From positions 6,559 through 70,558 of the forward strand of contig CAWGXB010000043.1 of the NCBI GenBank assembly GCA_963826335.1: a DNA stretch of 64,000 bases, given 5' to 3'. Below are positions 45,013 through 54,361 of this stretch, one piece after another. Every line of letters begins with the position of its first letter. The first letter of the stretch is position 1. The stretch is from Candidatus Acidiferrales bacterium. GTDB lineage: Bacteria; Acidobacteriota; Terriglobia; Acidiferrales; UBA7541. Below the pieces are notes generated by a model. That model saw nothing but the letters and a program-made list of their open reading frames with translations, did not search any database and was not told where the DNA came from. A program made the position numbers and the translations under genes.

Positions 45013-45038
45013 TTGAATCGAATCAATATTGCATGCAA
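45013..45038. promoter_or_regulatory. Adjacent palindromes TTGA-ATCGAA-TCAA and TTGCATGCAA in the GH30/DegT divergent region
   Basis: Read directly: TTGA 45013-45016 and TCAA 45023-45026, then the perfect 10-bp palindrome at 45029-45038. They lie 30-55 nt upstream of the GH30 ATG (44983, minus strand). Confidence 0.3.
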
Positions 45039-45139
45039 ACTCGGATGTCAAGCAAGTTCCTCGGAGATTTTCATTTTTCATCCGGTGGCGAACCGCGTTT
45101 GGTTGCAGAGGTTGTTGATTCCTGCAGGGGAGAATCGGC

Positions 45140-46366
45140 ATGGCGGAATTGGCGTTGATGGGTGGCAAGAAGGCCAAACACAAGGCGTTTCCGGTCTGGC
45201 CTCAGTTTGACGATCGAGAACGCAACGCGCTCCAGGAAGTACTGGAGAGCCGCGTCTGGTGGAGGACTCCCGGAACGAAAACGCTGCAGTTCGAAGAGGA
45301 GTTCGCGCGTTTTCACGGCGCCACGCACGGAATTGCCGTCACTAACGGAACCGCCGCCCTCGAGGTGACCATGGCGGCCCTGGGCGTTGGCTCGGGCGAC
45401 GAGGTCATCGTTCCTGATTTCACGTTTGTCGCCACGGCTAGCGCGGTCTTGTATGCCGGTGCTCTGCCTGTTTTCGTCGACGTCTCTCCTGAAACGTACT
45501 GTCTGGATCCGCAACTTGCGGAAGCCGCCATCACTCCACGAACAAAAGCCATCATCGCGGTACATATGGGCGGCAATCCTGCGGACCTTGATGCGCTTGG
45601 CGCGCTCGCAAAGCGAAAGGGAATCACCCTAGTCGAAGATAGTGCCCATGCTCATGGGACGGAGTGGAATGGCCGGCGCATCGGTGCGTTTGGCACCGCC
45701 GGTACCTTCAGCTTCCAAGCGAGCAAGCTGATGACCGCGGGGGAAGGCGGTATCATCATCACCAATGATGACGCCTTCGAGCGACTGGCGCGCAGCGTTC
45801 ACGATTGCGGCCGCATGCCCGGCGAGTGGTTCTACAGCCACTACATCAATGGCTCGAATTATCGCCTCAGCGAATGGCACGGGGCAATCCTCAGCGCACA
45901 GTTGACGCGCCTTGATGCGCAAACTCGTCGCCGTCATCAGAACTCCCGCTTGCTCGACGATTTACTTGGCAAAATCCCCGGCATCACTCCACAGAAGCTT
46001 AGTGCGCCTTGCACCCGCAATGGGCAATATGCGTACATCTTTCACGCCGATTCGAAGCAGTTCGCGGGCGTTTCCGTTGAGCGCCTGATCGAAGCGATGA
46101 TCGCCGAAGGCATTCCTAACCAGGCCAGCTACCCGCCAGTCCACCTGCTTGATGTTTTTAAGAATGGCGAATATCGCAAGCGTCTTTGCGGTTCCCAAGC
46201 GACGGAGCGCCATGCATTTCTGGAGGCCAACTACCCGGCTACGCACCGCGGAGCATGGGAAACCATCTGGATCCCGCAACCAGCTTTGCTGGGCGATGAG
46301 GAAGACATGCACGAAATTGCAGCCGGACTCGGCAAGATCCAGAAATTTGCGAAAGAACTACTGTGA
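45140..46366 (+). CDS. DegT/DnrJ/EryC1/StrS-family PLP-dependent aminotransferase
   Basis: NGTAALEV, VIVPDFTFVATA, DSAHAHG and FSFQASKLMTAGEGG (PLP lysine). Confidence 0.85.
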   Translation: MAELALMGGKKAKHKAFPVWPQFDDRERNALQEVLESRVWWRTPGTKTLQFEEEFARFHGATHGIAVTNGTAALEVTMAALGVGSGDEVIVPDFTFVATASAVLYAGALPVFVDVSPETYCLDPQLAEAAITPRTKAIIAVHMGGNPADLDALGALAKRKGITLVEDSAHAHGTEWNGRRIGAFGTAGTFSFQASKLMTAGEGGIIITNDDAFERLARSVHDCGRMPGEWFYSHYINGSNYRLSEWHGAILSAQLTRLDAQTRRRHQNSRLLDDLLGKIPGITPQKLSAPCTRNGQYAYIFHADSKQFAGVSVERLIEAMIAEGIPNQASYPPVHLLDVFKNGEYRKRLCGSQATERHAFLEANYPATHRGAWETIWIPQPALLGDEEDMHEIAAGLGKIQKFAKELL

Positions 46367-46385
46367 CGCGAATTGGTGTTGTTGG

Positions 46386-46446
46386 GTCTCTTTTGACGCT
46401 TCTTTCGATTATCTTCTTTTTGTTTCTTTTTATTTCTCTTATAATT
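46386..46446. repeat. Pyrimidine-rich (CT) intergenic element, copy A
   Basis: TCTCTTTTGACGCTTCTTTCGATTATCTTCTTTTTGTTTCTTTTTATTTCTCTTATAAT. It aligns with copy B at 62601-62660, sharing CTTCTTTCG and TTTCTTTTT blocks. It stands out in an otherwise GC-rich window. Confidence 0.5.
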
Positions 46447-46524
46447 CAAGCGGCTAAGCGTTAACCGCGGCCGTCTTTGCGCCGTCGCTTTGCCAGGGAT
46501 CCCTCCGGGAGGAGCCGCCTGCTT

Positions 46525-47763
46525 ATGTTTCCCAATCGAATTGTGAAATGTACCAATATTCTTCGTATTCTGCTGTGTGCCGCCGTGCTCGTTGGCTTGG
46601 CCGCGTGCAAGCCAGCCACTAACGAGCAAGCTTCAAAGGAGCAGGCCTCTAAGGTCGAAGCGCCTAAAGATCAAGCCATCACCTATACCGCTGACCCGAA
46701 CGCGAGCAAGCGCATGACATTGCTCCTGAAGGATTTCGCTCCCAAGCCCATGCTCCACGTCGCTGTCCACGAAGTTCCTCGCGCCAAATTCCCGGTTATC
46801 GATGTCCATAATCACGTGAACGACGCTGTCGGCATCAACGGCGAAGAAATCCCGCCCGCCGAAGTGATTCGCCGCATGGACGCGGCCAACGTGCAGAAAA
46901 TCGTGATTCTCACCGGCTTGTGGGGAGATAAGTTGCAAGCGGTAATCGACAAAATGGTGAAGCCGTATCCCGACCGATTCATGGTGTTCACGCAGATCGA
47001 CTACAGCAAGATCGATGACCCGAACTTCGCCGCGGAATCCGTCGCGCAGCTCGACGACGCTGTTCGCCGCGGCGCGCGTGGCGTCAAAGTGCTGAAGGAT
47101 CTCGGCCTGGGCGCCAAGGATAAATCCGGGAAGTTCATTCCCGTCGATGATCCGCGGCTCGATCCCATCTGGGAAGAATGCGGCAAGCTGGGAATTCCTG
47201 TGGCCATCCATACGACGGACCCGGAGGCTTTCTTCACTCCCATCGACAATCACAACGAGCGCTACGAAGAACTGAATTCCAATCCGACCTGGAGCTTCTA
47301 CGGTCCGCAGTTTCCCAGTAAAGAAACGTTGCTCGCACAGCGCAATCACGTGTTTGAAAAACACCCGCACACCAAGTTTATTGCCCTGCATGTTGCCAAC
47401 TGGCCGGAGAATCTGGACGCGGTTTCCTCGTGGCTCGACAAATACCCGAATATGCTTGTCGAATTTGGCGCTCGCGAGGCTGAACTGGGCCGCCAGCCCC
47501 GCCGCGCTCAGAAATTCTTCCACGACTATCAGGACCGCATCCTCTTTGGTACCGATAGCGAACCCGAAAATAGTATGTACGCGAACTATTTCCGCTGGCT
47601 CGAAACGCCCGACGAGTATTTCCCTTACTGGGGTTACCCCGGTCAGGGTCGTTGGGAAATCTATGGACTAGCGTTGCCGGACAGTATTCTGCAAAAGGTC
47701 TACAACAAAAACGCGACCAAATTGTTTGCCCAATTCAAGGGAGTGCCCGGAAATGCGAAGTGA
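46525..47763 (+). CDS. Amidohydrolase-superfamily metal-dependent hydrolase, lipoprotein
   Basis: GGGAGGAG RBS precedes ATG 46525. Lipobox VGLAAC and HxH motif VIDVHNHV. The TIM-barrel hydrolase pattern includes later His/Asp residues. Confidence 0.65.
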   Translation: MFPNRIVKCTNILRILLCAAVLVGLAACKPATNEQASKEQASKVEAPKDQAITYTADPNASKRMTLLLKDFAPKPMLHVAVHEVPRAKFPVIDVHNHVNDAVGINGEEIPPAEVIRRMDAANVQKIVILTGLWGDKLQAVIDKMVKPYPDRFMVFTQIDYSKIDDPNFAAESVAQLDDAVRRGARGVKVLKDLGLGAKDKSGKFIPVDDPRLDPIWEECGKLGIPVAIHTTDPEAFFTPIDNHNERYEELNSNPTWSFYGPQFPSKETLLAQRNHVFEKHPHTKFIALHVANWPENLDAVSSWLDKYPNMLVEFGAREAELGRQPRRAQKFFHDYQDRILFGTDSEPENSMYANYFRWLETPDEYFPYWGYPGQGRWEIYGLALPDSILQKVYNKNATKLFAQFKGVPGNAK

Positions 47764-50068
47764 CCGCAGGTTCTCAACTCGCTCTCGTCGCGTGATCCGC
47801 TTAATCCCGTCGGCAGTTGTCGCTGCACTCGTGTCGTTCACCGGGCTGTTTCTGCTGAATGTCGTGGGTTGCCAGAAAAGTGCGCCATCTAAGTCGGCTC
47901 AGACTCCGACGGCAAAATCTGCCGTTGCTGTACAAAGCTCAGCTGCTGCCATTGCCATTCACACGCCTGCGGCCGACTTTCAGTTGCTGCCAAACGGGGC
48001 GTTGACTGCGTCGCTGCGTCAGAGCCAATCCAAGCTTTCTCTCGATTCCGATTCGCCGGATGCTGCGCAATCCATTTCCGTCTCTGGAAAAGAAATTCCC
48101 GGCCTGACACTGGATTTGGCAAACGCCGAAGTGAAGGACGCCACCGGCAAACTCGGAAATCTGGGCAAGCAGATCAATGTTTCCGGCAAGATTCCCGGGA
48201 CCGATCTGGAAGAAACAGCCACCATCGAGGTTTATGATTCTTTCCCCAACCTGGCGCTGCTTTCCGTCCGCCTCCGCAACGGTGGCAAGTCAGATGTCGC
48301 ACTGGATTCCGTGACGCTGCAACGCCACAGCTTCGCCGCTCCGGCAAACTCTTCCTCGCCGTCGGCTCCCCTGTGGACGTTTCAAGGCTCCAGCCTGAAA
48401 TGGGGCAAAGACGAAATTTTCGTGGTTCCCGCGAAATTCTCCCAGGAAAATCCTTTCGGCGCTCCCGTAGCGACGAAAGACGATCTGGGCAGCGCTGGCG
48501 GAGGCGTTCCGGTTGTGGCTTTCTGGAGCAAAAATGTAGGCGAAGCGATTGGCCACATCGAAACTCTGCCTCTCGTACTGTCGCTCCCGGTCCAGACTAC
48601 TGTCAATGGCCGGGTTCAAGCCAGCGTTCGAGTCCCCGCAAATACCACGCTGAAGCCCGGTGAAGTTTTCTCCACGCCACGCACGTTTATTACCGTATAT
48701 TCCGGCGACTACTACGAACCTCTTAGCTTGTGGTCCAGCGTCATCGATAAGGAAGGCTTGCCGAAGCCGGCCAACAACGACGAAAACTACGCGGTCAGCT
48801 GGTGCGGCTGGGGCTACGAGTTCGGCGTAACCGCAAAACAAATGCTCGACACCATTCCCAAGCTGAAGGAGTTGGGAATTCACTGGGCTACGCTGGATGA
48901 CGGCTGGTTTAACAATTATGGAGACTGGAAACCGCGCGAGCCCGTTTTCGCCGGCGACGCAATCCCAGAGATGGTGCGCAAGTTCCACGAACAGGGAATT
49001 AAGGTGCAGTTGTGGTGGCTGCCGCTGGCGGTCGAAGATGGCCACTTTGCTTATGGCGGCCGCAACTATGTCGTCTCTGATGTCGTGAAGCAGCATCCTG
49101 ACTGGCTGATTCTCGATCAGCATGGCAAGCCTGCGCGCATGGCTCGCAATCTGGCCACGCTTTGTCCCGCTCTTCCTGAAGTGCAGGCGTACTACAAGCA
49201 GGTGACCGAGCGTTTCATTCGCGATTGGGGTTTCGACGGCCACAAGCTCGACAATATTTACGCCACGCCGCTCTGTTACAACCCCAAGCACCACCACAAG
49301 TCGCCCACCGATTCCGTTTACGCCATGGGCGACGTTTACCGCACGATTTTCGAAACCACTCGCGCGCTCAAGCCGGACAGCGTTACGCAGAGTTGTCCTT
49401 GCGGCACGCCGCCGAGCCTCGCCTGGCTGCGCTTCATGGATCAAGCCGTCACCGCGGATCCTGTCGGCTCCATCCAGGTTCGTCGTCGCGTCAAGATGTA
49501 CAAAGCGCTGCTCGGGCCTCACGCGGCGGTCTATGGCGATCACGTCGAACTGACGCGCGTCAGCAATACCTTCACGGATAACGAACTGGACGAGGGCGAG
49601 GATTTTGCTTCCACACTCGGTACCGGCGGTGTGCTGGGAACAAAATTCACATGGCCCGACTACGGCCCGAAATTCAAAACGGTTTATCTGAATCCGGAGA
49701 AGGAAGCCCACTGGAAGAAGTGGATTTCTTTGTATAACGAGAAAATGCTGTCCAAGGGCGCGTTCAAGAATTTGTACGTTTACGGCTTCGATTCACCGGA
49801 GGCCTACGCGATCGAAAAGGACGGTCACCTCTACTACGCCTTTTACGCGCCCGCTGCTGCGGCCACGGCAAAGAACCAGCAGCCGGCGCCGCAACCGTGG
49901 AGCGGCGAAATCGAACTCCGCGGTCTCGACGCAAAGTCCTATCACGTCGTCAATTATGAAGATCAGAAAGACTTCGGAACCGTAGCTGGACCCACGGCAA
50001 AATTGCAGGTGGACTTCGCGGATCACTTGCTCTTGGAAGCGACGCCGGTGCAGCCGCCGAAACCGTAA
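47753..50068 (+). CDS. GH36/GH27-clan alpha-galactosidase-like (or alpha-N-acetylgalactosaminidase-like) lipoprotein
   Basis: ATG 47753 overlaps the upstream gene by 11 nt. Lipobox NVVGC. HWATLDDGWF and FDGHKLDNIY (K-x-D nucleophile region). Confidence 0.65.
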   Translation: MRSDRRFSTRSRRVIRLIPSAVVAALVSFTGLFLLNVVGCQKSAPSKSAQTPTAKSAVAVQSSAAAIAIHTPAADFQLLPNGALTASLRQSQSKLSLDSDSPDAAQSISVSGKEIPGLTLDLANAEVKDATGKLGNLGKQINVSGKIPGTDLEETATIEVYDSFPNLALLSVRLRNGGKSDVALDSVTLQRHSFAAPANSSSPSAPLWTFQGSSLKWGKDEIFVVPAKFSQENPFGAPVATKDDLGSAGGGVPVVAFWSKNVGEAIGHIETLPLVLSLPVQTTVNGRVQASVRVPANTTLKPGEVFSTPRTFITVYSGDYYEPLSLWSSVIDKEGLPKPANNDENYAVSWCGWGYEFGVTAKQMLDTIPKLKELGIHWATLDDGWFNNYGDWKPREPVFAGDAIPEMVRKFHEQGIKVQLWWLPLAVEDGHFAYGGRNYVVSDVVKQHPDWLILDQHGKPARMARNLATLCPALPEVQAYYKQVTERFIRDWGFDGHKLDNIYATPLCYNPKHHHKSPTDSVYAMGDVYRTIFETTRALKPDSVTQSCPCGTPPSLAWLRFMDQAVTADPVGSIQVRRRVKMYKALLGPHAAVYGDHVELTRVSNTFTDNELDEGEDFASTLGTGGVLGTKFTWPDYGPKFKTVYLNPEKEAHWKKWISLYNEKMLSKGAFKNLYVYGFDSPEAYAIEKDGHLYYAFYAPAAAATAKNQQPAPQPWSGEIELRGLDAKSYHVVNYEDQKDFGTVAGPTAKLQVDFADHLLLEATPVQPPKP

Positions 50069-50074
50069 GCCCGT

Positions 50075-51049
50075 CTATCGAAGGCCGCTTGGCACAGTTC
50101 TTGGCGAAGACCCAAGTGACGGCGCATTCTTGCGTATAAACTCTTCCCGGTGCTTCGCATCGCGAAACGCTTCCGTGCCCCCCGCGCGTGTGACAGAAAG
50201 CGCCCCGGCGACATTGCCAAATTTCAGGCAGTCCTCCACCTTCGCCTTGCGGATGAATTGGTGGATGAACCCCGCGTCGAAACTGTCTCCCGCTCCGACA
50301 GAGTCAACCGGGTCGACCACTGGCGGAAATCCATGGTACTTTTGTTTTCCTTCGCGCACCATGGCGCCTTGTGATCCACGTTTCACCACAACCACCGGCA
50401 CCTTTTGCGCCAGAATCTCCGCGGCTCGTTCCAGGTCTTCCACTTGCGCCAGTTTGCAAACCTCTCTTTCATTCGGCAACAAAATGTCCACATACTTGAA
50501 CAATAGTTGAATATCTCCGGACCACCGGTCATCGGGATCGTCGTTGGTATCCAGCGAAGTAGTGAGTCCCGATTCCTTGGCTTTGCGAAAAATGTCGATC
50601 ATCTGCGCGCGTAGGCCTTTGTGCAGAAAATAAGAGGACACGTGCAGGTGCTTCGCGTCGAACACATATGCGAGATCCAATTCGCGCATGCTCATGTCGT
50701 ACATCGTGCCGGGGTACGTCAGGATGTATCGCTGCTTGCGCTGCGGCAAAATCACCGTCAAGCCGGTCGTCTTTCCCTTTAATCGCCGAACGCGCGACAA
50801 ATCGACAGCGCCGTCGCCGAGCCGTTGCAGGCAGATTTCGCCAAATGGATCGCTGCCGATGCAAGAGCTGAAACTCACCTTGTTCCCCAGCGACGCCAGA
50901 TTGTGCGCGAAAATCGCTGACGAGCTGCCCAGCGTAATGCTCAAGTCCTTGGCAAGGTGCTCGTGTTCCAGGATGAGCTCCGGTGGCAAGCCGTAAAGGA
51001 TCAGGTCCAGGTTCAATTCACCAATTACACTGACGTCAAACGTAGGCAC
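50075..51049 (-). CDS. PfkB-family sugar(-phosphate) kinase, likely tagatose-6-phosphate kinase
   Basis: Ribokinase-like fold, C-terminal VDSVGAGDSFDAGFI motif. The assignment rests on its context with the AgaS and aldolase genes. Confidence 0.75.
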   Translation of the reverse strand: MPTFDVSVIGELNLDLILYGLPPELILEHEHLAKDLSITLGSSSAIFAHNLASLGNKVSFSSCIGSDPFGEICLQRLGDGAVDLSRVRRLKGKTTGLTVILPQRKQRYILTYPGTMYDMSMRELDLAYVFDAKHLHVSSYFLHKGLRAQMIDIFRKAKESGLTTSLDTNDDPDDRWSGDIQLLFKYVDILLPNEREVCKLAQVEDLERAAEILAQKVPVVVVKRGSQGAMVREGKQKYHGFPPVVDPVDSVGAGDSFDAGFIHQFIRKAKVEDCLKFGNVAGALSVTRAGGTEAFRDAKHREEFIRKNAPSLGSSPRTVPSGLR

Positions 51050-51062
51050 TTGATTTCCTCTC

Positions 51063-52139
51063 TTAGTCCAGCATCACAACGCGCGTCAGGTTCTTCGGGC
51101 TGTCGGGATTCAATCCCTTCTGTATTCCAGTGAAAAATCCGAACAGTTGGCAGGGAACCACAAACGCCGCCAGAAGCGCCAATTCATTTCCCGCGAAGTT
51201 GTATTCCACGAGCAAGTCGCTCGCCCACCGCAATTTGTCCGTCGCGCGATTGCAAATAGCGATCGTCACGCCGCCCATCTCTTTCATTTCGCCCAACACT
51301 TCCGCCTCGGTTTCCTGGTTCGCATCGTCCAGGAGAAATGTCAGGCAAGTTTCCGGACTCACGATTGCTTTCGGGCCGTGGCGAAACTCCAGTGTGTGAA
51401 AGAATTGGCTGTACGAACAGGACATCTCCATTACTTTCAGCGCTGCCTCGCGCGCCAGCCCATGGCATGCGCCCTGCCCGAGGAAAACATAGTCCGCGAA
51501 ACTGTGGGTCCTGACGAATTCCTGCATCTGGTCGCCGATAGCGGCGATTCGCGGCGCAAATTCCTCTGCCATCTTCCACAGATCGGCGATAAATTCCGCG
51601 TTCTTCATTTGCCGGGCCGCCAGGTACTGCAGGGCGATCAGCATGCTGGTGAACGAGCGAGTCATGACCATGCTCTGTTCGTCCGCGGCCGCCAGCACAA
51701 TCGTAATGTCGCACTCTTTTGCCAGCTCGCTGTTTTCCGCGCAGGTGATGCCAATCGTCGGCACTTTCAAGTCCTTGCTCAACGCGGCCGCCGCGCGCAC
51801 TGCCTCCGACGTTTTTCCTGAACGCGAAATCACGACCGCCTGGATTTCCTCTCCCTCCGCCTGAACGATTTTTGGAAACAGCAGCACCTCGGATCCCGGT
51901 AGCGCGCGTGCCGGCTGCCCGGTAAGCAGTGTCCACGAGTAAGCCGCCGATTCCGCCAGGTAGTAGCTTGTGCCGCAGCCCACGAAGATCCATTCGCGGC
52001 GCTTGTGTCCGTGTGCCAGGATAGAATCGATCACCGCGCTGCCGCTCAATTCCTCGAGCACTTGTTGCCACACCGTGCCTTCGGAGAGGATTTCTTTCCA
52101 GGTATGAGATTGCGTGTAGGAGCTGGAGTTATTTGTCAT
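51063..52139 (-). CDS. agaS: SIS-domain sugar-phosphate isomerase/deaminase (AgaS-like, GlmS isomerase-domain family)
   Basis: Two SIS repeats, FVGCGTSYYLAESAAY and VISRSGKTSE, about 358 aa with no glutaminase domain. Confidence 0.75.
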   Translation of the reverse strand: MTNNSSSYTQSHTWKEILSEGTVWQQVLEELSGSAVIDSILAHGHKRREWIFVGCGTSYYLAESAAYSWTLLTGQPARALPGSEVLLFPKIVQAEGEEIQAVVISRSGKTSEAVRAAAALSKDLKVPTIGITCAENSELAKECDITIVLAAADEQSMVMTRSFTSMLIALQYLAARQMKNAEFIADLWKMAEEFAPRIAAIGDQMQEFVRTHSFADYVFLGQGACHGLAREAALKVMEMSCSYSQFFHTLEFRHGPKAIVSPETCLTFLLDDANQETEAEVLGEMKEMGGVTIAICNRATDKLRWASDLLVEYNFAGNELALLAAFVVPCQLFGFFTGIQKGLNPDSPKNLTRVVMLD

Positions 52140-52178
52140 GATCTTCTTTCTTGAACAATGTGCTGCCTTGTCGCTGCC

Positions 52179-52952
52179 CTAAACCAGTCGAACTTCGACA
52201 TCGGCATCTTTGAGCGCCTTCCAATCGTTCCTGGGGATATTTTTGTCGGTAATGGTTTCATGCACGGCGGACGTGGGCATGATCAGCGAGAGACTGCGTT
52301 GGCCAAATTTGCTTGAATCGCAAACCACCACCGTCCGTCGCGCCGATTCCGCCATTGCTCGATTCACTCGCGCCTCCAGCAAATTCGGCGTCGTCAGGCC
52401 GTAGCGCACATCGAATCCATCCACGGCCAGAAACAATAAATCGGCATTCACTTTTCGTAAAGTCTCTTCCGCAAGCGGGCCGACCAGCGAAAAAGAATTT
52501 TTGCGGAGCACGCCACCGGTCAGAATCACTTCCACCGGGGTATCCGCCAGTTCCGCGGCAATATTCGTTGCGTTGGTGATAATCGTCAAGCTTTTGAACG
52601 CGCGGCACGCTTTGGCAATGGCGGTTGTTGTCGTACCGGAATCCAGGATGATTACCTGCCCTTGCCGGATCATCTGCGCCGCGGCCGCCGCTATGCGAAT
52701 TTTGTCCTGCCGGTGTAACCGCTCCTTCTCGCCTAGCGTGCGGTCTTTCAACGCCCCGATCTTCAGTGGCAGCGCGCCGCCGTGGGTCCGTTCCAGTTGG
52801 CCGTCGTGGTGCAGCGACTCCAGATCCTTTCGAATTGTGATCAGCGAAGTTCGAAACCGCTTTGCCAGGTCCTTCACCAACACTCGCCCGTCAGAGTGCA
52901 GCAGTTCCAATATTTCCCGCCGTCGTTCTTCGCTCAGCATCGAAATGTTCAT
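52179..52952 (-). CDS. DeoR/GlpR(AgaR)-family transcriptional repressor
   Basis: N-terminal HTH (RRREILELL...VKDLAKRFRTSLITIRKDL) and a C-terminal DeoR sugar-phosphate sensor domain. The start is ATG 52952 or 52940. Confidence 0.85.
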   Translation of the reverse strand: MNISMLSEERRREILELLHSDGRVLVKDLAKRFRTSLITIRKDLESLHHDGQLERTHGGALPLKIGALKDRTLGEKERLHRQDKIRIAAAAAQMIRQGQVIILDSGTTTTAIAKACRAFKSLTIITNATNIAAELADTPVEVILTGGVLRKNSFSLVGPLAEETLRKVNADLLFLAVDGFDVRYGLTTPNLLEARVNRAMAESARRTVVVCDSSKFGQRSLSLIMPTSAVHETITDKNIPRNDWKALKDADVEVRLV

Positions 52953-52992
52953 CTCCCGCAACTTTGCACACGCAAATACCCCGAGCACCTTA

Positions 52993-54357
52993 TCATGGAC
53001 GCGCCGCTTTCATTCCACACGCGTATGCGTAGTTGTCAATGACTTCCAGTATCCGGCTGTGTATCAGCTTTGCCGGATCATTCGACAATTTGCCGGATCG
53101 AATCTCTTCCCACTGTTTCGGCAAATACTGGCTCAACAACGAAAGCGGCACGGGATACTTTGTCAGATTATCGGAAAGTCTCTGGAGTGCCTGCTGAACG
53201 GCGGGTTGCGGCCAATAATACCTCGAGCGGTCGCTATAGCTATATTTCCTGGCAAATTGCAGCGCCGCCTCATCTCCGTGGTAGTAACTTTTCCAGTGAG
53301 TGGGATCCGCTACCATCGCGTGGTCAAGAGCCTCGCGCACGGCTGATCGCGTGACCCCTTTCCGCCAGCCGAGCCATTCCTCTTCGACCATGGCTAAAGC
53401 GAACACGGCCTCGCGAAACGCAAATGTAAACCAAGGCCCCACCTTCAGGATCGCGAAATGGTCCTTGACCATTTCGCGCAGCGCTTCCGCCGTTTGATAG
53501 TCGGTCGAGTGCGCTTCGAAAACGCCCTGCCAGTGTTTTTCGCCGAATTCCGCCAGCCCCGCTGCTTTCTCGTGATCGTAGGCAAAAACGCTACTGTCGC
53601 CAAACTCCACGCCCGGCTGCACAACCACGGCGACAACTCGCTCCCATGCTTCTTCCAGGTGCATGGATTGAAACGCATCACGCGCGGTCTGCAGCGTTCG
53701 CGCCAGGTCCTGTGGGCGCGTTGTCTCCGGCGCGGCCGTGTCCAATTGCTCGCCACCGGGAATGGGGACCTCCGTTCCGATCACATACAAGGGCGCGGGT
53801 GATTTGCTCTGCATTTCACGGTGCGCTTCTTCGGCCACCGCGCACAATTCCGCGGCACGCTCGCTGACGATTTCATCCGCCAGCGATTTGTTCTTTTCCA
53901 CGGGATCGCCGGCCAGGTGCATGCTGGCGTCCAGGTGAATCTTCGAGTAACCTGCCCGCACGCAATCGCGAACCAGTTCGCGCGCCTTCGCCATCGCCTT
54001 ATCCGGGGATTCAGCTCGCCACACATGCGGGCCAAGATGGTCGCCGCCCAGCACCACTCGCTCCCTTGGGAAATTCATCTTGCTTGCCACTTCACGCACA
54101 AACGCGGCAAAGCTCGCCGGATTCTGGCCGGTGTACCCGCCGAACTGATTCACCTGGTTCGAGCTGGACTCGATCAGCAGCGGCGCATCGTCCCGCACCG
54201 CCTGCAATATCGCCGCTTCCAGCACGTAGCGATTTGCCGAACAAACGGAGTACACACCAACTGTGTGGCCGCGGCGGTTCTCTTGCAGCGTCTGGAAGAT
54301 TCGCTGTGTCGTGTTGGCCTGATTCGTTCGATTGTTAGCCTGCATCGCGTCGTCCAC
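52993..54357 (-). CDS. GatZ/KbaZ-family protein (class II tagatose-bisphosphate aldolase accessory subunit / tagatose-6-P 4-epimerase family)
   Basis: GVYSVCSANRYVLEAA...LLIESSSNQVNQFGGYTG..., about 454 aa. No GatY/KbaY catalytic partner gene is present in the window. Confidence 0.75.
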   Translation of the reverse strand: MDDAMQANNRTNQANTTQRIFQTLQENRRGHTVGVYSVCSANRYVLEAAILQAVRDDAPLLIESSSNQVNQFGGYTGQNPASFAAFVREVASKMNFPRERVVLGGDHLGPHVWRAESPDKAMAKARELVRDCVRAGYSKIHLDASMHLAGDPVEKNKSLADEIVSERAAELCAVAEEAHREMQSKSPAPLYVIGTEVPIPGGEQLDTAAPETTRPQDLARTLQTARDAFQSMHLEEAWERVVAVVVQPGVEFGDSSVFAYDHEKAAGLAEFGEKHWQGVFEAHSTDYQTAEALREMVKDHFAILKVGPWFTFAFREAVFALAMVEEEWLGWRKGVTRSAVREALDHAMVADPTHWKSYYHGDEAALQFARKYSYSDRSRYYWPQPAVQQALQRLSDNLTKYPVPLSLLSQYLPKQWEEIRSGKLSNDPAKLIHSRILEVIDNYAYACGMKAARP

Positions 54358-54361
54358 GGTG

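Noticed and set aside
48290-49711. 473-aa minus-strand ORF antisense to the GH36-like gene; similarly 58858-60003 (+) antisense to the TonB receptor, 46633-47523 (-) antisense to the amidohydrolase, 41321-42343 (-) antisense to the binding-protein genes, and 23682-24518 (-) antisense to GH39
   Set aside because: The sense-strand genes carry catalytic or structural family motifs, whereas the antisense products have none and show a skewed Arg/His/Gly composition.
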